Positions 33,026 through 48,158 of a stretch of DNA of 64,000 bases are shown piece after piece. Source of the DNA: Chrysomallon squamiferum (Eukaryota; Animalia; Mollusca); the NCBI GenBank assembly GCA_012295275.1, contig CM022667.1:2666001-2730000 (forward strand), given 5' to 3'. The notes beneath the pieces were generated by a model. It was not told where the DNA came from. It searched no databases and saw only the letters and a program-made list of their open reading frames with translations. Positions within the stretch are counted from its first letter, which is position 1, and each line of letters begins with the position of its first letter. Position numbers and translations under genes: made by a program.

Positions 33026-34428
33026 GATGTTAGTCGTTATTTCCCTCACATTAGAGTTGCACACCATTATTATTATTTTTACACATATTTATTTTTATTT
33101 ATTTACTGGGTTTTTTAAATGCATTAAAAATAATCAGTATTAAGTACATACGAAAAATAAATGGTTTATTTATTATTTATTTTTGCTATTATAATATTTC
33201 TATTTATTTCGTGGACCTATGATGGTGCTAAATACATTTTATATAATTCTTATTGACTGAACGCTTTATTTGTCTTGATAACATCTTTTTTATGAAAATA
33301 ATATTTAACTTGAAACATTAAATTTTAAGCAGATGGTAATATTCTTTATTTCTTTTATACTTCGCGATTATCATTTGTTTAATTATGTTATAATCTTCAC
33401 ACATCTTTTTTTAATGGCTTTATATTGTAATAGACTGAAATTTATGTTAGAAATAAAATCGAGAACTGGTGATCAACAACTCTTTGATTTCGTTTCTGAT
33501 TTCGCCAAGTTCGTCCGTCTTTGGATATAAATACGACGTCAATCATTGTTTGACGTCACTTAGAAACAGACTACAAACAGATGCGATGGATGAAAAGTGA
33601 ACATCTTTCCTGCTCTTTCAAGAAAACTTAAGTTACTTTAATTTTCAGTTTCTACATTTTTTGTTAGATTAATTTAACATCTGCAAAGTACAATATCAAC
33701 TTAAAACAAAGAATTATCGCAAATAATTAATGAAATCCACTTCACTGGGTTTATATAAATATATAGATGTCTGAATCGACTAAATAGTGACGTAACAGTC
33801 GCATGATTAACATTACGACAGCTTTCAATATAATAAAGAAGCTTTATATGACGGAGGACCTTGCTAACTGTGTTCTTAAAGAATGTTTTCTTCCGTTCGA
33901 AACAGGGAACAAAGAGTTGGACGTTGTTTGTTCCATTTTAAACTGCAGAAACACTTCTGTCGTTTTTCCACTGAATATGGAAAGAGTGCCACTTTTTGCT
34001 ATCGTTGATCAGAGTGTTTACAGTTGATGTTTGCAAACGTCAAAGATTACACATCGGAACTAAATAGTTCTTAAATAGAAACGTGTATTAATTTTGTAAA
34101 TGAAAACCTGTTTTAAAATCGTCTTTTAACGTCTACACACTAATAAAACAACTTTTAACAACACACTGTGTGTTAAGAAGATCCCTCGAGTTCGTCGCGC
34201 TTAAAACCTGTCACGTGTTAATCAGCTGACCGTTACGTCATTATTTAGTTCGGTTCAAACATATCCAAAGATTTCCGATTTTATGATAGGGGTCTTGGGT
34301 TTCTTCTTACAGCGTGTGTCTGTGTATATATGCACGACTAAATGGTACTTTTTATGTACCAGCGAACTCGAAAATTACCGAAGTGAAGGAATGTTAAGCC
34401 AGAGTTAGTGATAAATGAGTATAATAGC

Positions 34429-34515
<87 letters not shown>

Positions 34516-34639
34516 TTTACGATATAATTCAATCTCTGGCGAAGAACCAGCGATATTCGTCCAAAAGTCCGTCTGAGCTGTTCTCCGCTATAGGATAATC
34601 GGGTAACATGCTACATGTTTATGTATGTGTGCGTATGTA

Positions 34640-34690
<51 letters not shown>

Positions 34691-34717
34691 ACACACTATA
34701 CATTTGACTAATTCTTG

Positions 34718-35144
34718 TTAAAGGAACATATTATTTACATTAGATGTCTGAATATATCATATTATAAACAAAACCAAAATATCTATATATTTTGATAACA
34801 ACAAAAGATGAACTGATACCAGGGGACGTTTGCCGCAGTAAATAATTAATAGAACGACGCATTTTCGCAGCAATGTTTCCTTGTTATTAATAATGCCGTG
34901 GTCATCAGCGATAATGTCAGCATTCTGGTACACGCCGTGGTTTGGGAATTAACAACACCAGTAACGGCATCTAAACAGCGTAAAGTCGATCAGTTTTGTT
35001 CGTCTGCCATTTCTTTTAATTACGTTTTCATTTAACAAAACTATTCTGCCGTGGACAAGATTAAAAATTAACGAAGAGGAGAAATATGAAGCATAAATAA
35101 AAAAAAAAAAAAAAACAAACAAACAACATAAAGTGTTCCTTTAC
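34718..35144. mobile_element. Possible Kolobok-type MITE (TTAA-AGGAACA...TGTTCCT-TTAC) just upstream of the channel start codon
   Basis: Inverted termini AGGAACA/TGTTCCT, flanked by TTAA on the left and the variant TTAC on the right. CpG-richer interior. Confidence 0.4.
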
Positions 35145-35196
35145 TTCTCATGGAAAAGGTTTGTTTTGTTAGCGGTTAGATGAGTGGTATGCCGTG

Positions 35197-36119
35197 ATGG
35201 CGAGCGAGGAAAAAGAAGAAAAACCGTCTTTTCCTAGTGTTAAAGATTTCGCGCTCGATTTCAGCGCTCATGGATGTAAGAACGTGGCCTCACCAAGCAG
35301 ATCGAAACTAGCGAGGTATTTATGTGTTATCTACAGTTTAGTGTTAGCTTAAACCTAGTACTGCTACTACTGCTGCTATTGCAGCTACTACTACTACTAC
35401 CGCTGCTATTACCACCACCACTGTTATCACTACTGTTATAATTATTACAGCTACTACTGTCACAACAAAAACCGCAACAACTACTACTACTTCCACTATT
35501 ACAACTACTACTACCGCTACTACTACTACTACTTTTACTACTACTATTACCACTACTACCACAGCTAGAACTAATACTATTACCACTACTACAGCCTTTG
35601 CTGCGGTTACTACTAAAAGTATTATTACTAAAACTATAACAACTACTAGAAGTATACTACAAACTTACTGCTATTATTATTACAACTACAAATTAGTCTA
35701 ATACAGAGCTACTGGTACCATTACTAACTATTCTTAGTGCTATTACTAATTACTACTACTACTACAACTATTAAATATGTTGCTTCTATTACTATTAAAT
35801 ATTAAAATGTATAAGTGATATTAACTATTAGCAGTGTTAATATTTATCTTTGACACCTATCGGCCAATATACTACACGTTTTTCTTTATTATTATAAATA
35901 CTAACGCTACTGTTATATGAAAGACAACAACAGTTACTACTATTACAACTACAACGGCTTCTCTGTATTACTTACTACTAATGATGATGATGATTATAAC
36001 TCTTTACATAATTATGTATAATTATATTTTCAAATGACGTAATATAGAAATTCGAAATGACCTCATGTAAATATAAAGATATAAAAAAATAGAAATTCAC
36101 TGTTTATTGTTCATTTATA

Positions 36120-36171
<52 letters not shown>

Positions 36172-37474
36172 AACACATATATATATATATATTGTTTGTT
36201 TATTTGTTTAAATTTATTTCTTTGTTATTTATTTTATTTTTTTAAATTTGTTTACTTGTTTCTTTATTTATTTCTTAATTTGTTTATTTATTTAATTTTT
36301 TGTTTATTATTTTTATTTTTATTTTTTTTTGTTTATTTATTTATTTATTTATTTATTTATTCCAGATTCGTCTGGTTCGTCTCCATCGTGGCGGTTACCG
36401 GACTGCTGATCGACTACATGCACAATGTCTATTCCGCTTACAGGCTGTATCCGATCCGGACACAAAACAAAGTGGAGCCGCGTGTACGGATGCCCATGCC
36501 GTCCGTGACGATCTGCAACATCAACCCCTTCGACGTATCTTCGTTCCCGTTCCCGGACGAATTGCGAAACATTCTCTCAAGCTACACGGCGATTGGTTCT
36601 CAGCTGGGTTCGAGTTTCAACGCCAGTGAGTCTCCGTACAAAGAGATTCTCAACACGTCGATTCAGGAGATTGTGAACTACACGACGCCGACGTCGTTTA
36701 TCTGCTTCTGCTCCATGGACGGCAACGCGAGCGAGTGCAAACGGATGGTTGTGGACACTAACACGCGGTTCGGGCAGTGCGTGACGTTTAACGCTTCCGG
36801 TGTGACTGTGCGCAAGACCGGACCTCACAGCGGGCTGAGATTTATCATTGATGTGAACCAGGCGGGCTATTTTGCTGGAGATTCTAATTTCGTCGGCGTA
36901 AAGGTAGTAGAAGAACTGCTATAACATGTATTTTGTGTGTTCCGGAAATATCCGAATTAGAAACAGAAGTGTATTAGATTCGTTTGAGAATATTCTCTGA
37001 CTTATAATATGACATCAGTGATTAAAAGATTAAAAGATTAAAGGTTATATTAAGTAGAAATTGTTTATTAGCCTCATTAGATTTTGGTGGTAATTCGATA
37101 AGCCATATTTAATACTCGCAGATAATTATAATTTAAAAAAAAAAGAAGAAAAGAATGTAACTATAACTATCTAATTTTGTGGTATGTTATATGATATAAA
37201 TTGTGTATTAATCTAAAATTACTTCTTCACATACTAGTGTTGTACAATTTGCTTCGACGTCTTCTTTGGCACTTTTTACTACACTGTTACCATGGTATTA
37301 CTAAGCTGTTATTTTCACAGCTTCTCCTTCATGAGCCCCACGAATACCCAGACGTCTACAGCAGCGGCGTGATTTTAAGCGCGGGTCAGACGTCGTACGT
37401 TGCCGTTCACAGAGTCGAGGTTGGTCGCACTTTGAGACAGACTTCTGGAAGGACAGACAGAGCGACATACAGAC

Positions 37475-37550
<76 letters not shown>

Positions 37551-38037
37551 TGAGCGAGAGAACGAATGAGTGGGAGAGTCACATTAGTTACAAATTATAA
37601 AAATATCCTCAACCGTCAGCATTCGCATCGAACGTCATAATCATCATCATCATGTCGCTTATCATTTTCATTATCATCATAAATGTTATATTTTCTCTTT
37701 CAGTACGCCTTTCTAGGCTTGCCGTACAAGGCGTTTGGAAAGAAACCTTGTGAAAATGTGGCTGGGAAGCAACTGGAATATTCTGATACTTACAGTCTCT
37801 CCGCCTGTATCAATGAATGTGTCACGAAACGGACAACTGTCGCGTGCAATTGCAGCGTAACTCCAAGCACAAGTATGACGTCCTGTTGATCTGAAAATAC
37901 GCAAATATGTCTTGTAACCTGCTTTGTACAGTAATATCATACTGGGACTGAATTTATTTGTTATTATGCTATTCTAAGTGCTGGATTAGAAAATTTAATT
38001 ATGTCAATATCTAATCATAAGATAAACATAATAAATG

Positions 38038-38088
<51 letters not shown>

Positions 38089-38401
38089 TACATACATACA
38101 TTAACGGTGTATAGACATTAACGTATATTTATTTATTTATTATTTTATTTATTGTTTTGCATTATATTTTTCGTTTTATATTATTTTATTATTTTCTTTT
38201 TATTTATGCAGTTTATTTGTTTATTTGTTCCTTTGATTGACTATTATAATTCAGCAAAATTATTTCCGTTTCTATTGTGATTATTTCCCTTAGCAGAAGA
38301 ATTTTTTTTTCTTTTTTCTTGCATGAGTTATTGCCCTTTCAGATTTTTCTGTTACAAGAGGTTGTTTACCTTTTTCTTTTGAGGCCGTTTTGTCCAAACA
38401 C

Positions 38402-38454
<53 letters not shown>

Positions 38455-38539
38455 GTGCGTGTGTGTGTTTATTTATTTACTTACTTTTAACGCTTCCTAA
38501 AATATGTAGAGGTCAACATTATAATAATAAACACACAAA

Positions 38540-38576
<37 letters not shown>

Positions 38577-38733
38577 AATAATAATAATAAAATACCTCTA
38601 ATTAAAACTGTTATATAAGCTTTATTTATTTATTTATTTGTTAGTGTGCTTGTTTATTCATTTATTTTGTGTTTTCATTTCTCTGAATTAAAGAACATTT
38701 ATACTAGAAAATATCTTTAAAGATGTAAAATTA

Positions 38734-38799
<66 letters not shown>

Positions 38800-38974
38800 G
38801 TTGAATGTTGACTAATGTTTTTAGCATTTATTTAATATAATTATTGATATTGTTATTTAAAATTTATCCTGAATAAAACTTTTTTTTTTCTTTTTTCAGG
38901 ATTTTCAGTTTGTTCTCTGGAACAATATTTAAGTTGTTTCAAGCCAAAATCTGGTATGACTGAATTTCATTTTT

Positions 38975-39032
<58 letters not shown>

Positions 39033-39330
39033 TCACTCTGACATACCTAGACACATATACACACACATAAACTCACATCCTCATAAATGAATATCGTTGT
39101 CAATCCAGATGACTTCTACAACGAAGCTGTCACTGGTGACGTCTGTCTTTGTCCTAGACCTTGCGGATTTGTTAAATATCAAGTGCAGGTTACTTCCGCT
39201 GTGTTTCCCTCCATAGTTGCTGCGGTCCTCCTCAAAGAAGCAAACATTATTTCATCAGCAGTAAAAGCAAGGTCATTATCTCTGTGTGTACGCGCGTGTA
39301 TGTTATTATTATTACTACAACTACTACTGC

Positions 39331-39373
<43 letters not shown>

Positions 39374-40462
39374 GTATCTTGGCATCTACGTTTTTAGGAA
39401 AAGTTAAACACACACAAGCACGCACGCACACACACACACACACACGCACGCAGACACGCAGATATATAAATATATATATAAAGATAAGAGAATATACACA
39501 TATAATATAAAGGTATTTCTTACTTTCTAACATATATGTATTGAAAAGGTAGACGTGGATAGCAAAGTCGTTTTTCTTTTTCTCTTTAGATCCGACTTTC
39601 TCGAAGTGAATATCTTCTATGAAAACATGCTCCTGGACCAAGTCGTTCACGTTCCAGAATATACCATCATGTCCATCTTAGGTACGCTCGATCTAGTGGA
39701 AACCAAATATCAGTTGTACCTTATCCATTGCAACAACAAGTCTATTAGAGAAAAAGCGAAAACATGAAAAAAAAAAAAAAACCATGTTTAGGATTACGTT
39801 TACAACCCATGTGACAGAATTTGCATAAACTCGATAATACAAGCATAGATATTTCCTATTAAGAGGAAACCATGTAACTAATAATATAGTTATGCAGTTA
39901 ATCGGAGATTCTAACGTCATCTATGTCATATTAATTCTAAGATTTATTATCATATAGAAATTGTATAATATTTAATATGACAACTGCATTTTACCACCAG
40001 AAATCTGCATGTTTGTCTTAGATGTCTCGTTTGAGTTTTCGTTTTCGTTTTCTGGTTTTTTAAATCGGTGCTTTATGGTAACCAGCTTAGTAAACACGCG
40101 CGGACACACACCTACACACACATACACACAGACACAAACACACAGACAGACACACACACACATATACGCACTGTTATGTCATTATTATGAACGTAGTACG
40201 ACACTGGAGATTGTTTTATCAACTTATTGCATGACACTGCTGTTTGTGTTTTTATCGACGTAGATGTAACGTTGGTGTTTGGTTTCTATCTTTGACAGGA
40301 ACAGTCGGGGGTCAGATGGGACTGTTTCTTGGAGCAAGTCTTTTAACTCTGGCAGAGCTCGGGGAATTCATTGTCCAAACGACTTTCAGTCTGGCTCGTT
40401 TTTTGAGAAAACGTTTTAGCGTCTTTCGCAAGAAAACGAAAACCATCGACATTAGCCACTGA
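35197..40462 (+). CDS. DEG/ENaC-superfamily (ASIC-like) ion channel subunit, 465 aa
   Basis: Eight phase-compatible exons: 35197-35315, 36366-36903, 37321-37419, 37704-37872, 38900-38953, 39109-39271, 39590-39681, 40299-40462. Motifs: pre-TM1 SAHG, TM1 RFVWFVSIV, MPSVTICNIN, FGQCVTFN, GLRFIID, Cys-rich thumb, CPRPC, and TM2 GTVGGQMGLFLGASLLTLAE with the GAS filter. Confidence 0.92.
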
Positions 40463-40674
40463 CTTTGCCAGGATTATGCACGACCCATTTTGTTTATTAG
40501 CACAGTTATATGTCACATCCTCAGAGTTTTATAAAAGTTTTATCCACTTTTACTTATACTTGTAATGACTACAAATGTAAATTTAAAATATATATATAAA
40601 AATAAAAGTGTTGTGTTTTTATACCTTCAGTATATTGTAAATCTACAATTGCACGGCATACATGATAGTGTGAG

Positions 40675-40775
<101 letters not shown>

Positions 40776-41789
40776 GGCCACCTACTGCAGCTATATCATG
40801 GACTACTACTTTTCGATAAACTAGATTCTTTTCTCTGACACCAATGCACAGGCCAAGGTCTTTTAATAAAAACCAGCCCTTGAGTAGTGAGGGCTTTTAA
40901 ACTAAATGCCTTGTTCTGTAAAATATCGATATAAAAGTTATCCGAGATAAAAACGCATTAAATTATATGTCTGTTCAAAGTTTACAATAGTTATTTGTTC
41001 ATGAACTCATTCACTAGCCCATAATGATAATAGATACCCGGAAATGACAAAACTTCTTACTTCTTCGTAAGTGTAAATCCGATAGTCGTCAATTGTTTTT
41101 TGGTCTTATTATTTTTTTTTTCCCCCGGAAGTACAGTAATGGTTGTGAAGAATGACGAAGGGTCTTGTGACGTATTACAGTTTTACTGTTTAAATGAAAG
41201 GTGTTGATTGCTGACGATATCCCTATTCTTCCACTCAGTTCCGGTTAGAACAGAAAAAGAATTTTTTTGTTTATGTTATAATGTACATATTTGCGATAGT
41301 CAACGTAATACGTACTGTAGTGGATTACGTTAAACTGAGATCTCTTTGTGTGCAAAATGTGTTACTTTGTTTTGAAAGAGCCGTCAGTTTCTAAGTGACG
41401 TCAAACAATTGTTGACGTCGTGTTTAACGGAAGTTCACGGAATAAGAAACGAAGTTGCAGCATTGTTTGTCGTCAATTTCCGTCTTTTATTTGTGATCAG
41501 AATGTTCTACCAAAATAAAAAAAAGGTATCACTGCATTATAAGATTTTTTAATTAATAAAATGTAATAAAATATATTAATTAAATGCGATGTAATTAAAA
41601 TGTATTAATTAAATGCATACATATATTATAATTACATATATATTAATTTATATATGTTATATGTGTTTACAATTATATAAATGAGTGTGGGACGTTTGCG
41701 TGCATGCATGTAATTGTTATGTATCTGTATATGTGCGTGTGTATAAGTGTATGCTTGTCAATGTGTGTATAAAAATGCAAAATAGAACT

Positions 41790-41847
<58 letters not shown>

Positions 41848-42491
41848 GTAATAGTAATAACAGTAATAATAATAGTAATAGTAATAACAGTAATAATAAT
41901 AATAATACTAATAATAACAGTAATAATAATAATAATAGTAATAATAATAATAACAGTAATAATAATAATTATAATAATAATAACAACAACGACAACAACA
42001 TCACAGACGACAGCTGTATCATCGACAGCAGACTCGCCTATAGAAAAGACCTGTAGTTGACATGACACTGAACATACACTTTCCTCCTTGTTACTATTGA
42101 TTACAAGACCACTTGAACAAGCGTTTCTAATGGACATTGTTGGTACAGGGACAATGGAAAGAGCAATCAGACTGCTGTGAAACCAGTGCAGATGTGTCGA
42201 TTTGGCTGAAGCTGCACTGTATGGCGGTCACTTGTTTTGCTGTTGACGTCTTTTTTTGTTATTTCTTTCTTTTTTTTTGTTGTCAGTTAACTTGATCTCA
42301 AGTTTACAGCTTCGTGGAATGTTTTACTGAGCCGCTGCTTGGTAAGTATTTCATAAAAAAGGAGTAGTAGTAGCAGTAGTAGCAGGAGTAGTAGGAGTAG
42401 TAGTAGTAGTAGTAGTCGAGGTAGCAGCAGTAGTAGTAGTAATAGTAGCAGGAATACTAGTAGTGGTAGTAGTTAGTAGTTGTTGTTATTG

Positions 42492-42522
<31 letters not shown>

Positions 42523-45500
42523 CATCATCATCATCATCATCATTATCATTATTATTATTTACTATTATCGCTGTTAGTGTTATTACTAACAATATTAACA
42601 TAATTGTTATTATTAACATTATTAGCATAATTGTTATTATTATTCATTTTTATTAGAAATAGAAGTCGTAATTGTAATAGAAGTCGTAGCTGTAGTAGTT
42701 ATGGTGGTGTTAGCAGTAGTAGTAGCAGCACCAGTTGCATTAGTAGCAATGCAGATGAATAAGAGCATATTACTATACTAAGATGATGCTATACAGCAAT
42801 TTAGCTAAATTCATCGCAGACATTTATGCACATAATTTTATTGCATCTGACGTCATGTTGAAACAGCATATACAGATAACAAGTATTAAATGAATATTGT
42901 ATTAATCAAAATATTATATAATATTTATGTTAAATGACTCTAACTGAATTCAAAATAGAAGATATAAGAGTCATAATACCAGAAGCACAATTACATTTAA
43001 ACGCATCAGGCGGTTTGGTTTGATAAAGTAAATCTGCGATGTTCTGTAACAAACTTGCTGGATCAAGGGAGATAATCTTTGCTCACCATGTCTTTGATGT
43101 ATCCACCTTTGAAAAACTGTACTGCAGCCAGTATGCTTCATATTCCTGCTTGTATTACAAATATAAGAATTGAACTGAAATTAGTTTATGACGTTCTCCC
43201 AATGTAACGCATTTACAAGAGTTTTATTGATGCTCCTGTCAAAAACAAAAACAAAACAAAACAAAACAAAAAAAGAGAGAGAGCGAGTCAGAAAAAGTGA
43301 ATTTAAAACAAAAAATCCATTAGCAGTAAATTTTATTTATTAGCCAGAAAAGATCTTAGGTAATAATATAACGGAAAAAAAAAAAAAAAAAAAAAAGAAG
43401 AAGAAGAAGAAGAAAAAAAACTGAATAAGAAAAGAATAATAGATAACTGTTTTACTATTGATTATATACTTCAGATGCATATTTTTCTATAACAGTAGCA
43501 GCACTCTTCAAACCACACAATAATTTTTTTATCATTCAGTAGAATAACAGGTCATCTGAGTAACCAGCTCCCATTACTGGACAGTAAAATCAGTGTGACG
43601 TCACAAACGTGTTTGTAATGGCCGACAGTGAGTTCCGCCAATCTTTGTTCAGTTAGACAAAAATATCGATGTTACTTAGTCGTTTCGTTTTGTACGATTC
43701 TCCGTTCTTTGTTCGAAAGCTTTTAGACATATTATGTATTTCCTTGATGTTATTGCAGCTGATGTAGTCTGGTATTCTGAAGACATCTTGTATTGTTATG
43801 GGTTAATCGGATTTGGTGCAGTGAGCCGTTAATTTACAGTTGCTTTCGTGTCTGGCGATTCAGTTTGTTCATACCGATAAATAAATAAATAAATAAATAA
43901 AAGCGATTAATTTCGTACAGAGACTGTACGTCTTGATTAAAAACAATTTTGAATCTAGATTTTTTGCAATGACATTATTATAAAGGATTTTTCCCTTCCC
44001 AAAACAAAATGTAATAATACTCTCAGGTTTATTTAAAAAAATAAATGCATCACTAATTTATTGTATATAAAGCAAACAGATGATGTTATAAACAAAAATA
44101 CATCATCTAAGTGGTAATGTGGAAGCGGCTCGTTTATTTTCAATTGTTACTTTCAACTCATTTGACTGTTAATTGTTTATGTTCATGTCATTGGGACTCA
44201 CTGACATTTGTACATGAAAAAACAAGTCGCATGTCATTGTCGTTGTCGTTGTTGTTGTTGTTGTTGTTATTATTATTATTATTCATTTTTATATATAATT
44301 TATTTTATCTTTTTATTATTATTTATAAAAAAAAAATGTAATAATACCAGATTTATATTATTAAAGAACTGACAGATTATTTCATTTATAATGTATTAAG
44401 CTCTTGAGTTAACTGTGCAAAATTAAAATTTAAAAGAAACGATCGGTGCAAATACAGATAATCTATTTTTAAAAATTCCTATTTGTGTTTTTAGTATAAG
44501 ATACACGCCTGAAGACGTTATTACAAGTTACCTAGTGCGAATTCGGCTTTAGAAGGAAAACTGTATTTTTTACCGAAACAACCAACAAGATAGAAACTTG
44601 TACCATATACATATTATTACAATTCTAAACACGAAGATGAAGATTTAGAACAAGAAAGAACGATAAACGTAAAGCGAAAACTGATAATAATATAAAAAAA
44701 AAAAAAATTTTTTTGTATATTGTGTATTTAGGAATGAAGATTAGGTTGTCTGAGTAGCCGCTGAACATAGATACTATTCCGGAACGCAGTGACACAGGAG
44801 GTCGTTGTCCAATCATGACCTCACAAAGGTCATATGCAGCTGACGAGACTGGAAAAAAATGCACCCATTCATCCGCAACCCGGAGACGGTCGATGACTAT
44901 AATAGAAAAATATCAAACATCATTCTTAAATCAACGGTTGCTTTCTCTTTTTAAAAAGCACCTTTATACACTCGTTTTTTGTTTTTGTTTTTAATATAAA
45001 CAGACAAATGTTTTCGATTCATCAGAACATCCTACATTCATACACGCGTTTGTACCTTTCAATGTAACAATTGGCCCTTTACAGCTTTCATTGCTTGAAA
45101 CAATATTTTTCTTTTGTTTTCGTTTCATCAGCGCATCCTACATTCATGCGCACGTTTGTACTAGTTAAACGCAAAACAATACGTTTGGCCCTTTACATCG
45201 TTCGTTGCTTGATGCAGTACATTTCTTTTGCATCACGTAGTTTGTTGTTGCATGACTAAAACAACCGTAAAGGTGGGGTTTTTTTCACAGTTAAGAGATG
45301 CTGACGATTGTGTGTTCAAAACAATGGGAAATAAATGAAAACAGAAGTTAGTGTTTGTAGGAATGTCGGTAAAATGGTTGTCTTACTGCGCTTTTTGTCT
45401 ACCATTGTTTTTATAACATACATACAGCCACAGACACACACACACAGACACATACACACACACTATTATTATTATAAATATTATTATTATTATTTTACAT

Positions 45501-45750
45501 TCTTGATTCTGTACAAATGTTTTCTTTTCAAAGTCATTATCACGCACATGTATACATCTGTTTTTCAGATGAAACCTCGTCTTTATTTTCCATACGCAGA
45601 GGCAGAACAAGAACAAAATCTCAACACACAGGACTAACATTTAGAAGACCTAATAATACAAGCGATATGGTAAAACTGATAACAGACCTGACCTAGAGAA
45701 ACAGAACTCTTTACCAATTACTGAAATTTGTACCTAAACAGAAGGAAAAG

Positions 45751-47083
45751 ATGAACATGAAATATTTTTATTTCATTATAATTGGTGAGTATTTTTTATT
45801 TATTTATTTATTTATTTATTTGTTTTACAACAGTTTCAGTTTATATCAGCATATAGCCAAAATGTATTTTTCTATACTGACAAGCGATTCTTTCGTTTAT
45901 GTAAGGAGTTCAATCTTTACCAATAATAAAGTATGACAATGACATTAAACACATTTTTATTAAGTCAAGACACTGTCGACTTATTCCTTCTTTTTTGTCC
46001 TTTTTATTTACAATCATTATTTTAATATTTTTCATAGTCCAGCAATACCTCGGATTAACGATGTAATAGGCTCCAAATGATCGATCGTTAAGTGAGGTAT
46101 CGTTAAGAGGGAGACTAATTTACATGTACTGCTTTAGCACAATTGACTGAACTAAAAACTAATGAAAGACGAAAGAAAAACACGGGCATTGTACCCATTT
46201 GTACCATTTATTTCAAGCAATTAACTATTAAATTTCTATTTATTATAATTTGTAAAAACAAATATCGTTAAAGCGAGAGATCGTTAAGCGAGGTATTAGT
46301 GTATTCTAATTATCGCGAGATATTCTCGAGTCTTTATTAACAATTTAAAATTGATTTTACTCTATTCTTTCTTTAATGTTTTATTTTCAGTTTTGGTTTA
46401 CAATGCGAACAGCAAGCCAGAAACCCCGGATAATGTGATGCCCATTTCAGTGAGTTACGAAGAAGGAAATGACGACTGCGAAAAGAAAATCCTTGGCAAA
46501 CTGTATTACGCTGACATCGTACTAAACGCCGAACGTCAGGCGGTTCAGCTCGAAGGCAAGTCACGATCGTATATTGTGATCGAAAACGACAAGAAGTTCG
46601 ACAAGAAAGACATATGCTGGATTTTTCACGTTTATCCCGAACTCTCGCAAGACGCCGTTCTTCTCGAGTACGAAGGGAAAAACAACGGGCCCGGAGTTCA
46701 GCTGTCGCAAGCTGGCGATGCCCTCAAGTTGAAGGTCATCGACAAAGACGGAAATTTCGTCGACGAAGTGGTGGAAGAAAACCTCCTGGACATCGGGCAG
46801 TGGAATCTGGTCGGGTTTCGCTATGATTCGGGCAAAGGTGAAATCGATTTCGTCAAAAACAAAACGTTTCGTTCGTTCGCTGTTGCAAAAAACGTAAAGG
46901 CGAACGTTGACGGGAATGTCCGAATGGGCGCTGCAACTAACGGAAGTTTTCCGTTTAAAGGTTTAATTGACTGCGTAATGTTCTACAAAAAATTCAAAAC
47001 GAACAAGGATTTCGAAACGGATTGTGACGTGATGACAAAACCCAAGAAAAAAGGTAAAAATATTTTTTGTGTAAATGCTTCTG

Positions 47084-47153
<70 letters not shown>

Positions 47154-48158
47154 ATGTATATGCGTATGTATGTACGGATGGACGGATAGATGTATGTATG
47201 TATGTATAGATGGATGTGTCTTTGTATTTAGGTATTTAAGTATTTACTTACGAATGTAATTAACGTTTTTTCTATCAATCTGTCTATATATCCATTTATT
47301 TAATTTATTAACGTAATTTTTTTTTATACTTCTATTCATTTATTTACTTAAGCACATATTTATTTACGTATTTATTTATTGTAATAATTTTCTTTATCAG
47401 TATGTACTAAATCCTTTACACCAACTACAACACCAACTACAACACCAACTACAACACCATCAACAACAGTGACGACTACACTGACAAGTACAGAGGAACT
47501 GACAAGTACAGAGGAACCAACAACTACAACATCTCTTGTGACAACATCAGGTATTCTTAGTTTTCTTAATAAATAAAATGGACGATCATATTATATTGAA
47601 TGAATATTGTGATGCGTGGGTAAGATGATGATGGTAAATATAATAAGAATAAGAAGAAATAAAGAACAACAGTAATAACAATAACAACAACAACAACAGC
47701 AGCAGCAACAAAAATAATAACATTTTGATATTCCAAATTAACGTAATAGAAAATCGTCTAACAGAATGATAATATTGATGACGACGATGATGATGATAAC
47801 AACTTGGTCATCACAATAAAAAAAAGATGATGGTAATGATAACGATGGTGATGATGAAAAGTACTGACAATAACCACTACACGTTTAATTTTTTGCAGAT
47901 AACTGTGTATCAACTGCTGGTCAGCAGTGTATGATGTACAAGAAAACGGACGACAACAAAACCATTGACACGTCATCAGGCACGATTCTACGACTGGTCA
48001 GCCTGTCCGTGGTCCGGTGTGCTGGACGCTGCCTGCAGGACGGGTACTGTGTTCAGTTCTCGATAGATCGCGCTGGAACTTGCAAACTGGCCGCGCAAAA
48101 CGACGTCAATCTGGTACCTTCGCTGCATTCGTCTGTTTACGCAATACTGCGAAACTGA
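45751..48158 (+). CDS. Secreted LamG/concanavalin-like + Thr-rich linker + PAN/Apple-like protein, 368 aa
   Basis: Exons 45751-45784, 46391-47053, 47401-47550, 47899-48158, all joined in phase 1. Spliced signal peptide MNMKYFYFIIIVLVYNANS. LamG-like ...IGQWNLVGFRYDSGKG...VRMGA...PFKGLIDCVMFY; (PTTT)n linker; C-terminal SVVRCAGRCLQDGYCVQFSIDRAGTCKL. Confidence 0.8.
46038..46303. mobile_element. Tigger/pogo-like MITE in an intron of the LamG-PAN gene
   Basis: Imperfect terminal inverted repeats cagcaatacctcggattaacgat ... atcgttaagcgaggtattagtgta, with internal atcgttaa sub-terminal repeats and a right-hand TA. Confidence 0.6.

Noticed and set aside
42185-42345. CAGTGCAG...CTGCACTG hairpin and a strong donor (TTG|gtaagt) near 42341
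   Set aside because: Lacks the SECIS AUGA/GA core and any tRNA or miRNA hallmarks. It may be a 5' UTR exon of the LamG-PAN gene, but this cannot be supported without RNA data.
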